64,000 bases of DNA. It comes from Antedon mediterranea (taxonomy: Eukaryota > Animalia > Echinodermata). Position numbers and translations under genes: made by a program. Positions within the stretch are counted from its first letter, which is position 1. Each line of letters opens with the position of its first letter. This document shows positions 30,001 through 42,000 of the stretch, one piece after another. The stretch lies in the NCBI RefSeq assembly GCF_964355755.1, contig NC_092676.1, positions 29,592,871 to 29,656,870 of the forward strand. The letters are read 5' to 3'. The notes under the pieces are model-generated. The model saw nothing but the letters and a program-made list of their open reading frames with translations. It ran no database searches and was not told the origin of the DNA.

Positions 30001-33000
30001 TAGCCAAGAAGCGGCCTAGGGTTGCTGCTAGCCCCTTGGTTGTCTCTGTCTTACCAACTCCAGTACCTCCAACCAAAGCACATCCCTTCTGGTTTCTCAT
30101 GCACTGAAATTACAAATTGTGATGAACAATTCAGAATTGGTGTAACATATGAAGAGGTACTCATTTCTGTGTTGGTAAAATTGCCCACAGTTTACTCTTG
30201 TGCTAGATGCCAAATATTTAAATACATTCGCATCATCAAAGACTACACCAATCCAGGAATGTTAGTAACGAAAAGGACTATAAACTGTAGGTCTAGTGTA
30301 CACATCTAGCTCATGTGCACTTAAAAGAACCTAGTACATCTTTCGAGACGAGTAGGGGGTTACCCCGATGTACTAGTACATCACAGCCACTTATAATAAC
30401 TGGGCACTCTGGGAGACCAGTCTTTGACTGAAGAGGTCACTCAGTATAATAAAATAATAACACTATACAAAGTATATTACTGTAGTATATTGATATTGCA
30501 CTCAAAGAGTATTCTATCATATGAAATGTCTTCTGTTTCAAGATAATACATTAAAACTGTATACTACTGTACAAAGGGTAACAAAGATATAGCAAATATT
30601 GTCAGATTAAAGACGAAGTAATGTTTCTCTGACAGCCAATAAAGACATGTTAATACCATAGTCATCGTGATAAAGCATCTCTCTGTAGTTGGCGTGAGAA
30701 CCAATGATGAACGAGCACCATAGAACTCACTGCCATAGGCATACTTGTTCTCAAGGATGGTAATGTATGGTGCAATCTTTCCATCTAAAAAATCAAAACA
30801 GATAAATTAAAATTTTGGTAAGTTCACAAAAGTGCATAATAAAGCTGGAGCAAGTAAACAGTCTAAACCGAACAGTTCATACTCCATGTGATATCCATGA
30901 CAATTTTTTTTTTTTTTATATATTTAGGAAAATTCATTCACTATCCTTCTTAAAGGTGGCAATCCTGTTCACAAGACAAACATACACAAGATGCTCTACA
31001 TAAACAAAGTCGTATTACAAGTCTTTGGGAGTGGAGTTGTAATTTGTCATTAGAAAAATCATGACAGGACCCTTGATAGCCATGCATCATAACCACCCAG
31101 CCACAGGACCCTTGATAGCCATGCATCGTAACCACCCAGCCACAGGACCCTTGATAGCCATGCATCATAACCACCCAGCCACAGGACCCTTGATAGCCAT
31201 GCATCATAACCACCCAGCCACAGGACCCTTGATAGCCATGCATCATAACCACCCAGCCACAGGACCCTTGATAGCCATGCATCATAACCACCCAGCCACA
31301 GGACCCTTGATAGCCATGCATCATAACCACCCAGCCACAGGACCCTTGATAGCCATGCATCGTAACCACCCAGCCACAGGACCCTTGATAGCCATGCATC
31401 ATAACCACCCAGCCACAGGACCCTTGATAGCCATGCATCGTAACCACCCAGCCACAGGACCCTTGATAGCCATGCATCATAACCACTCAGCCACAGGACC
31501 CTTGATAGCCATGCATCATAACCACCCAGCCACAGGACCCTTGATAGCCATGCATCATAACCACCCAGCCACAACTCCACTTCACTTTGTGTAATAAAGA
31601 TATTATCAAATTACTTGTGAATTCATGGTAGAATCGTATGCATCTTCGCCATTCAAAATCTCCTAGTTCCCTTAATTTTCGACTGGCCATGTGATCCAGT
31701 GTGTCTCGAAGATAATGTGATTGCTGAAAATAATCAAAAAGAATAAAACATCTGATTAAACAATTTCTTACGAAGCAATGGAAAGTACTGTACAGAATGG
31801 AGACACAGGAGAGAGAAGCCAAATAGCCACAGAGTCATTAAGGCTGCTGGTGGCTAATAGCCACAGAGTCATTAAGGCTGCTGGTGGCTAATAGCCACAG
31901 AGTCATTAAGGCTGCTGGCTAATTATGGAGACACAGGAGAGGCCAAATAGCCACAGAGTCATTAAGGCTGCTGGCTAATTATGGAGACACAGGAGAGGCT
32001 AAATAGCCACAGAGTCATTAAGGCTGGTGGCTAATTTCGCGGCCTCCTCCTTAACTAATCTTTATTTACAAAAAAAAAACAATTAAATTATACCACAGTA
32101 TACTGTATATGGTATGTTATTGAACAAACAAAATTACATTAAAAAGAATATAAAACATAGCACCCAGTTGTTGAATTAAGAAAAAGAAATTCTCTTACAG
32201 CAATCAAACTTTCCAATCGTTGTCGATGAAGGAACGTCATGCACTCGTCAGAGTTCTTCCACATTCCACGTGACAAAACAGCTGAGAGTCGCGATACGTT
32301 GGTTATAAACTTCTTGTAGGTGTTGGGGATGGCTTTGCGGTCATTACGAATCTCTCCAATACCCACTTCACACTCCTTTGTCCAATACATTAGCATTCCG
32401 AGACGGGCGACTTGACCCGGATACTATGAAGGCAAATATTGCATACACTTTCATTGAATAGTTTAAAATGAATGAAATAGAAAGAAAATATATGAACTAT
32501 TTCTCTACCATCATTTGTTTTGTTATTTAAAGAGCTTTTAAATTGACTTCTGCACTCGCCATGTTGAATTACCACCTTTAATTCACATTTTAAGAGTTAA
32601 CTTAAGCGGAGGTAGAATTGGACATATAACTATGGTATTGGTAAACAAAATAAAGCATTAAAGGAATATTATAGTAGTGGAGCTGTAGCTTGGTGCTTAA
32701 CATGCTTGCCTTCAAATCCCAAGGTCCAGGGTTCAATCCTGACCTAGTGCCAGGATTGTAACTCACGACTGCACTCTCTAAACCTCAAATGAGATTTAGT
32801 TTGTAAGCATGACAATGATAGTTTATCCATCCTGTAATTGGCAATTTTGGCTCGCTGTCGGTTGGGTATGTATTAAAATAAAAATAAACTAACTATTAAA
32901 GAGAAGTAAGTAGGCTTAACTAACCTTAAGAGCCAAGTCTTCCAGAGCAATACCAGCTTCAACATCTTCTATCGTGTTGCAGACCAAAGAGTAGATTGTA

Positions 33001-36000
33001 ACACCAATGGAATCCTTTAACTCTTTTAACCATACCTCAACTCCATCAGACAGAGTAACCTACGTAGTAATAGTAACATTATACATCTAATACATAGGGT
33101 AGGAGGCACCTGAGTCCGGCATTATGCGCGTTATACATTGATCTACTAGAGACGGATACTGGTATGCAGAGAGATGAACTGGATGTAACAATGGCAGATA
33201 TGGAGGAATCTAGTCATATAAGTTTGGGTATGTTCCGGACTAAGTAATACTTACAATGAGTAATACTATGAATGGCAGATAGGAAGTTTTGGAAGAATCT
33301 AGTCATATATAAGTTTGGGTATTTCCTCAGCATAGGTTGCATCTTTTGTTATTTTGTTGGGTTAATTAGTATTTATTTCATGGCTTAAATCTTTTCTTTA
33401 AACGATGCTTTCAATATACTGTATTTTGAAGTCTTTACCAACAAAATATTTGTTAGTGCCATATACAGTATTTCTGTTTTGGAAATAGGCTAGAACATTA
33501 AGTATGTCCTGGATTAAAGTAAGTAAGTACTAAGTAAATCCAGAATATTTTTATAGAAACAAATATTTTAAATGTGCTTTATAACAGCAGTGTTAACTGA
33601 TCCACTCACCTCATTCTGTAATGATAAAGTTTCTCCATCTTTTGAAACAACTGCTACAGCATGATACTGTACTCCTCCACCTTCACCTTCTTGGCTAAGT
33701 CTACCAGCTGCTGCTGAGCCCATACCATTTGTACTGTTCAGCAGATGACATGGGGAAGCCTCACGGGAATGGTGGTAAGGGGTGCGGCGGTGAGGTGACG
33801 TTGCAGTGCTTGACAAATTTGGTGTTAAGGCTTTTTCCAGTTTAATGTCATACACATGATTGAAAATGCATCTGAGAATATAAAATGAGAAAAATTATGA
33901 AATAAAGATTTTTGATTGAATACTAAATAAAAAAATAACTATAATTCCTCCCCTGTTGTACAAAATAGATTTTTATATATATATTTTTTTTTGTTAAACT
34001 TTCTTTTATGAGGGTGACTCGAAACAGCAAAATCTGACATACATGAGAACATATATAAATATAAACATAAGTATTACAAAAAAATTATCTAAAAACAAAA
34101 GTAGAAAGATTATGCCCTCACGAACTTACCTAAGATGCGGCTTGACGGACTCTAGATCATTAGGTCGGCTAAGAACAGCTAGTAACACCGGATCTGACAT
34201 GAAGTAGAAACGGGGAAATGCTTTCCTTTTGTTGTCAAGGTAACCAACGAGTGACTTGAAACAGATCTCAAGTTCTTCAAAGATATGTCGCAGAACAACA
34301 CCTTTAGGTACATCGCCGCCATACGTACACTGAGTATCAAAACAATTATGATTAGAAAGACAAACAAAAACAATAGTGTGCAATTATTAAAATATAAAGC
34401 TCTGTCTAAACTATCAAACTAGTTTGACAAAAAAAAAGTGTGATATCCCAAATATGTTAATGATATGCTTAAATATGGTAGTGATATGCCTAAATACTGT
34501 AGTGATATGACATCATCATATCCATATATGGGCTTTATATAAATCTACAGCTCTTACTTGTAAAACATTCCTAGTGTCATAGGCTCGCTTCATAATCTTG
34601 GTCCAGCTTTTGTCAATACGATTAAACCTCTTTGCCTCCTGAGGGAGCTCTTTAGCAGTCTTCGGTACGCTGAACACGGCCTCTAAGTATAACCATAGAT
34701 CTTGTACTTCTAGCCATTGCTCTAATACCTCAGCAACACCTAACATGCAGAATAAAGTATAAAAAGTTTATAAAATGCTGTACACTATTAAACACTACTA
34801 CTACTACTAAAAAAAAAATAAATAAAAGTAAACTTTATCCTAGATATTCAATTCAGTTGGATGCCAGACATTTTTTCTACATTTTCAGGTTTTAGCATAC
34901 AAACATACATACCTTTAAGTTTTTCAGCCCAGCTAGCTGCCTCTTCTCTAAGTGGGCCGATATGTCGTGATGTAAGCATGTTAGCTAGCAGAGCTTGAGC
35001 ATCTTCTAGCTGTTCAAGTAAGTGTTCAGAGTTGTCCTTCTCAAGGTAGATAGGGCCTCTGTTCTTGTAGTTCTTGAACATAAGTACCTGCTCAGTCCAT
35101 TCTTCCTCGGTGATACGTAACTTTACTTCTAACTCAAGTTCCTTACTGGCACAGTGACAGATTTCTTCAATCTCTCCCTGATTTCTATAACAAGGTAAAT
35201 ATTTGTATTATAAGCATTATGCAATTTACAACTAAGTAACTAGGATCTAAATCTAATTGTGCGGTGTAATATTTCTGTTTTTTCGGAAATTCTGGTATTC
35301 AGAATGTGTTTTTAATGGTGACAAAAGAATTTGGGACCTTTTGGACCTTGAGAAAAGTCTGGTTTTGGAGTTGACTGTACCTCAAAGTTCAAAGGACTGG
35401 TTAAGCTGCTTTTGTAGGCATCTAAAGGCACAGTTACTTAAAAACATTACAATGATAAACTATAGACTTTAGTTTAAATGTTGAAAACACTTAACACAAG
35501 AACTTACTGCATGAGTCCAATATCTAAGATGTGACTTAGTTTGAACACATTTGCTTCTAGCTGGAATGAGCTGCCAGTCACTGACATAACTTGTAACCAA
35601 TGGCGGTTCCTTATTTCCTACAACAAATAATGGGTATGTAAAAAATTAGTAGTACTATATGAAAATAGATGTATTTGTATGCATCTGGTTGTCAATTTTT
35701 ATCATGGTTCTAATTATATTTCCACATTTAGTTACCTCTTAAAATATTATGTGTAGTTACAAGTGAAGAATGATTGAATTCATTCATATTGTGTTACTAA
35801 TACTTAGACTTAATAAGCTTTGTGACAACAAAATGTGATGTGACCATATATGGACAAGATGATGTCTTATCACTACCATATTTGGGTACATCACACCTTT
35901 TTTATCAAACTACTGTAGTTTGATAGTAAAGAAAGAGATTTAAGCCCTGTCTACATTATCAAACTTTTTATGTGACAAAAAAAATGGCTATATGGATACA

Positions 36001-39000
36001 ATGATGTCATATCACACTTTTTTCACACTAGTTTGATAGTATAGACAGAGTTTTAGTGCTGTAAAAAAGTCTTAATAATTATTATAATTTGAATTACCTT
36101 TGATGCCAGCTTGTGTAGAATAGGAAATACATCAAGATAAAACTGAATAGAATTTTTCATTTCATTGTAAGCATCCCAATCTTTCAACTTCTCAGGTAAA
36201 TTTTGACATTCTGACCAATAACCTTCAACCTAGAACAAAAAAGTCATCTATTAAAATGTGGAACCATAATTACATAGCCATAACATCGGCAGGGGTTTGA
36301 GGCTCACTCACTCCATGGTTCTGGTGGTAGAACGAGTCTTCTCGGATAAGGACTATAAACCGTAGGTCCAGTCTATACATCTAGCTCGTGTGCACTTTAA
36401 AGAACCTAGTACATCTTTCGAGAAGAGTAGGGGGGTTACCCCGGTGTATTAGTACATCACAGCCACTGATCACCAACTGGGCCCTCTGGGAGACCAGTCT
36501 TTGACTGAAGAGGTTACCCAGTATAAATATAAATTTCAATTTCAATCAATCAAAAATGTGCTTTGAATTTAGTGTGATTGAAAGTTTAAAAGTCCTTAGA
36601 ATATAACTAAATGACAGAATACAAAAACAGAGTATAATAAATGTATATATAACTTTTATGGATGAAAATTTCTTTAAAATAAAACATGAGTAGCTACAAA
36701 TAAGATCAAATATTTAGCTTTCAAAATGTGTTTTCTTTATTTGGAGTTTTATTCAATCAATTCAGTGCATCTTCTAGATTGCTTTAGTTTTGTCTAGCAA
36801 ATAAAAAATTGTTTACTGTTTGAGTTGCGTTAGGCAGGTCAGCTTCAGCCCACAGACGATCTCTAAACTCGGCATCAAAGGCAATGAACTTCTGGAACAA
36901 TCCATACAGCAAGCCAAGGAGGTCTAGTTCCTACATTAAATAAAATAAATAAATTATTACTAAAATTATAACTAAATTTGTTTCTTTTACTACTTTGATT
37001 ACGAAAATAGAACCTTACTTCTCCTGTTTTGTCCAGCTCAGGAAACGGCTTACAATTGATACCAAAGAGTCTGGATACAGAATCGAGGGTCTTTCTTTTT
37101 GAATCATAGAGTTTGTAAATCTCTAAGAACTCATGCAGTCTAGAGACTGCCTCAGCTGGCTGCACACCGGGCATTGCAGGGCCTTGAGAATCAAAACTGT
37201 TACGGAATTGGATTACTTCAACAACAAACAACTGAAAAAGAAAGAAATTTTCATTTTGTTACTATCAATTTCTTTTTCTTATTTTGGTAGGATAGAATAG
37301 ACAGATGCCTTTTTCACTCTAACTCCTGTGAATACTGTTCTTGCAAGCTCTCCTCATATGGCAGCTTCAAAGTGCAGAACAGAGCAGTGTAAATGGTTCT
37401 TTTAATTGCTTTTCTTCTTTTTCTTTGGTTATCTTAGGATATTTTATGGATCATTTAAAGTGCTTAGAAACATGGTATTAGGTGCTAAGACTACGATTAT
37501 TATTATTTAGCAGTATAGCAGTTATATTCAAAAGATGCTTTTGTTTAGGGTTTATTTTAAGTTGTGATTGTGTTGGGAGGTGCCTACTCTATGGGGTTTA
37601 TTCAATTACCTTGACTTGCTTATCAAGCTCTTGTTCAAATGCTCCACGTCTTTCTTTCAATAACTTGACTCGACAACTTTCAGCAAGATCAATCACATCC
37701 TGCCATCTGTCACGGAGGGCGTTTACTTCTTCGACTTCACTTCTTGGAAGACGCAAATTATAGCTCCTACATCAAATAAGAAAGCCGTTTTACACTATAC
37801 TATTAAATATAGTTAATAAAAGTTCAGAGAGAAATAAGATTTGTCGGATTCGACGGCTCATTCCATCATTGCACATATATACAGAGATCCAGCAATCAAG
37901 CTCTTGCACATTCCAAAGCGAAAACATAGCTGGGGTGATCGGACATTCAGTACTGCTGAATATAGGCTATGGAATAATCTGCCATTACATATTAGGAAAT
38001 GGACATCTTTGAAAGTTTCAAGTCACTTCTAAAAATTTTTCTTTTTTACAGCACTATGAGCAATGATTGTTAGAAGAGCAATTTAAAAATGGAACAATTG
38101 ATTGAGTTAGAATAGCAGATAATGAATGATGACTACTTACCTTAAATCAGTGTACATAGTCTCAATTGGTAGGTATATTGCATCTATTTTGTTTTCCATG
38201 TCCCTCACTTCTTCCAATAAGTTAAGAGCACCATTTAGCTGATCTAATGTTTTAACCTCTGATGACAGACGAGTAACTACGTTCATTCTGTACATTAGAG
38301 CTTGGTCGAGTTGGCGCTGAAAGATTATACAAAAGTGAATGAATAAAAATAATAAAATATAAATATATGGATAACCATAAAGGCAGAAAACTCTGGAAAG
38401 TATTAATGTTTATGGCCTATACCCCACATGGGGTCAAAGGCTTGAGTATGTTTTAAAGTAAAATTGTGGATGTTAATACTTAAGTTTGTTATTATTTATT
38501 TATACTGTACCGGGTGATATCTTCAGTCAGACACTGGTCTCCCAGAGGGCCTAGTTATAATCAGTGGCTGTGATGTACAAGCACACCAGGGTAACCCCCT
38601 TACTTGTCTCGAAAGATGTACTAGGTTCTTTAAATACACATGAGCTAGATGTATACACTGGAAATACGGTTTACAGCCCTTATCCGATAAGACTAGTTCT
38701 ACCACAAGAACCATGGAGCGAGTGAGCCTCGAACCCTTGCTGATTTTTATGACTACAGTACGTTCCACTGTCATAACCATTGAGTCACTCAGTCACTAAC
38801 CACTCAGCTTGTCACTCAGCATGTACTAACCTTAGCTTCTTCATGTAAGCTCTGAGCATACAGACTTTTCCACTGCACAGCAAAACCATACAACGCATCC
38901 TTGATAGGACTTGTTTGTAGACAGATTGACCCAACAGGCAGCACCTTGGGAATAGCTTGAATCTTGTCCTCAATGTGTAGAAGTCGCTCCACCTCTCGCT

Positions 39001-42000
39001 GTATGGCGTGCATTCCAGGGTCATTGCTGATGAATTCATAGTATGTCCCGTGCATGTTGTCTTGCCATAGGAAGTCATAGAAGCGAAAGTGTAAAACGTG
39101 GTTGTCTATAATTTTCTGTAGATCTGTAAAGAAGTGAATATCCAAAAGATTTAAAGTCTTCATCAAAAAATTACTTTTTGTAAAAGTAATCTGCGTGCAC
39201 AAATGAATTACTATAACAAAATTAAGTAATCAATGAAAGGGTACTATAGTTTTGTTATCATACATTAGAGATATATAAAACAATTTTTTTGTAGATCTGT
39301 AAAGAAGTGAATATCCAAAAGTCCTTGTCAAAAAATTACTTTATTAAAGGTAATGTGTGTGCACAAATTAATTACTATAAAATAATAGACTAAAACATTT
39401 TAAAAATACAGCAAATTCACTAAAGAAAGAGTACAATTAATTGTATTATCATAGCCTACTTTTAGATCTTTTAAACTATTTTAAAATTTTAATGTTCTTC
39501 CAATTGTCTATTGTACAGTAATTCAAAGAAAAAAGGAGGATCCTACCATATAAGGAATGAATTAGGGTCAATTATCCTACCATATAAGGAATGAAGGGTC
39601 AATTATCAAGGAGGATCCTACCATATAAGGAATGAAGGGTCAATTATCCTACCATATAAGGAATGAAGGGTCAATTATCCTACCATATAAGGAATGAAGG
39701 GTCAATTATCAAGGAGGATCCTACCATATAAGGAATGAAGGGTCAATTATCAAGGAGGATCCTACCATATAAGGAATGAAGGGTCAATTATCCTACCATA
39801 TAAGGAATGAAGGGTCAATTATCAAGGAGGATCCTACCATATAAGGAATGAAGGGTCAATTATCCTACCATATAAGGAATGAAGGGTCAATTATCCTACC
39901 ATATAAGGAATGAAGGGTCAATTATCCTACCATATAAGGAATGAAGGGTCAATTATCAAGGAGGATCCTACCATATAAGGAATGAAGGGTCAATTATCCT
40001 ACCATATAAGGAATGAAGGGTCAATTATCAAGGAGGATCCTACCATATAAGGAATGAAGGGTCAATTATCCTACCATATAAGGAATGAAGGGTCAATTAT
40101 CAAGGAGGATCCTACCATAAGGAATGAAGGGTCAATTATCCTACCATATAAGGAATGAAGGGTCAATTATCAAGGAGGATCCTACCATATAAGGAATGAA
40201 GGGTCAATTATCAAGGAGGATCCTACCATAAGGAATGAAGGGTCAATTATCAAGGAGGATCCTACCATTCAATTTAAATTCAATTCAATTCAAGGAACAT
40301 TTATTCACGTCCAAAAGACAAAAGTAACAAAAACAAAATGGCAAGTGATAAAACAAGAAAATGGACGAAGGCAAATCCCAAAAAGATTACAATCTTGTGA
40401 CGGGATTGCCTTTACAAAATATTTAAATTAAGAGAAGAAAAAAAAAAATATAAATAAAGAAAATAAATTAATTAAACAATAAAGAAATACAAAATATATA
40501 TAAAACCAGTAGATAAAAGTTGGAATAAAAAATAAAAAAAGAATAGAAAAAAGTACAGCTGCATGGCATATAGCGAATATGATGACAAATGAATAATAAA
40601 GATAGCAAGTCACGGAACATGGAAACAACGACCATATCAAACAGATCGATCAGTAATGAGACAAAAGGTAATTTTTTATGTTATTATTGAATGAATAGCG
40701 GTTAGCAGCACAGGAAATTGAGGGGGGTAAATTGTTAAACAAAAGAGGTCCAGAATATCTAATGCTATGTTGAAAATAATTGGTGTTATGGTTAGGGATA
40801 TATATGTTATTTCTTGTTCTAGTATAATATTTATGAACGGTATTATTAGGAGCGAAAAGGTCGTTAAGATGGCAAGGGAGAAGTGAGTGAGTGGCCAAAA
40901 AAACAAAGACACCTTGCTGGGATAGGTTAATGTCCGAGAGTTTGAGAAGATTGAGTTTGGAGAATAAGTGGGAGGAATGTGACAGTGGATGAGCGCCAGA
41001 TATAGTCCTGATAGCTTTTTTTTGTAGGATAGAGAGTTTAATGATGTTTGAAGGGTAAGTGTTGGCCCAGACAATGTTACCATAGCTCAAATAAGGAAGG
41101 ATGAGTGTGCAATAAAGGGTCCTGAGAATATTAGTTGGGAGGAAGGAAGAAAGCCTAGAAATGATCCCAAGGTTCTTAGACACTTTGTTCTCAATTTCTT
41201 GGATATGGGGTTTCCATGAGAGAGAGTTGTCGATGATAATGCCAAGAAATTTATTATACTTAACAGAGGGGATTTCTTGATTATCAATAACGACTTTAAG
41301 TGGGGACACATCAATACCTCTAGTCAACTGCGGGGTTCCGAATAGGATGTAAGTACATTTATTATGATTGAGGGAGAGTTTGTTGGCAATAAAGTACTGG
41401 GACAAGGGGATAACGTTGGTATTAAAGGTGTCAAAAAGAGTTTGGATATTTTTGTTGGCATGAAAAACTGTAGTGTCATCAGCATATAGAAAAAAATTTA
41501 GCAGGTTTGAGGTTCGGTGGATATCATTAATGTAAAAGGTGAACAGAAGCGGGCCAAGTAAGGAGCCCTGGGGAACGCCACAGGTAATAGGGCAAAAATT
41601 AGAAATAGAGTTAAAATATTTAGTACATTGGGAGCGGTTAGTGAGATAGCTTTTGAAAACGTTTAAGGCGGGTCCTCGGATTCCATAGTGAGACAATTTA
41701 AAAAGAAGAATATTATGATCAATGGTGTCGAAAGCCTTGGAAAGGTTGATGAAAAGTCCGATTCCAAATTGACGATTTTCGAATGCATGAATAATTTTGT
41801 TAGTGAGGTCGATCAAAGCATGGAGGTGTATGTCCTTTTCTAAAGCCATATTGTCTCTTGAAAAGGATGTTATGTTTGCTGATAAATGAAAATGTTCTAT
41901 CATAGATAATTCTTTCCAAGGCTTTCGAAAAGATTGACAGGATGGAGATAGGACGATAGTTAGAAAGGTTGGATTTGGGGCCAGATTTGTAAACAGGGGT

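Noticed and set aside
30950-31594. Repetitive ORFs on both strands; CRISPR-like appearance
   Set aside because: 39-bp tandem units with no unique spacers and no cas genes, in a eukaryotic intron.
39533-40268. Possible CRISPR array, or a TSD of the adjacent LINE
   Set aside because: There are no unique spacers. The matching 26 bp on the far side is better explained as the split last unit than as a TSD.
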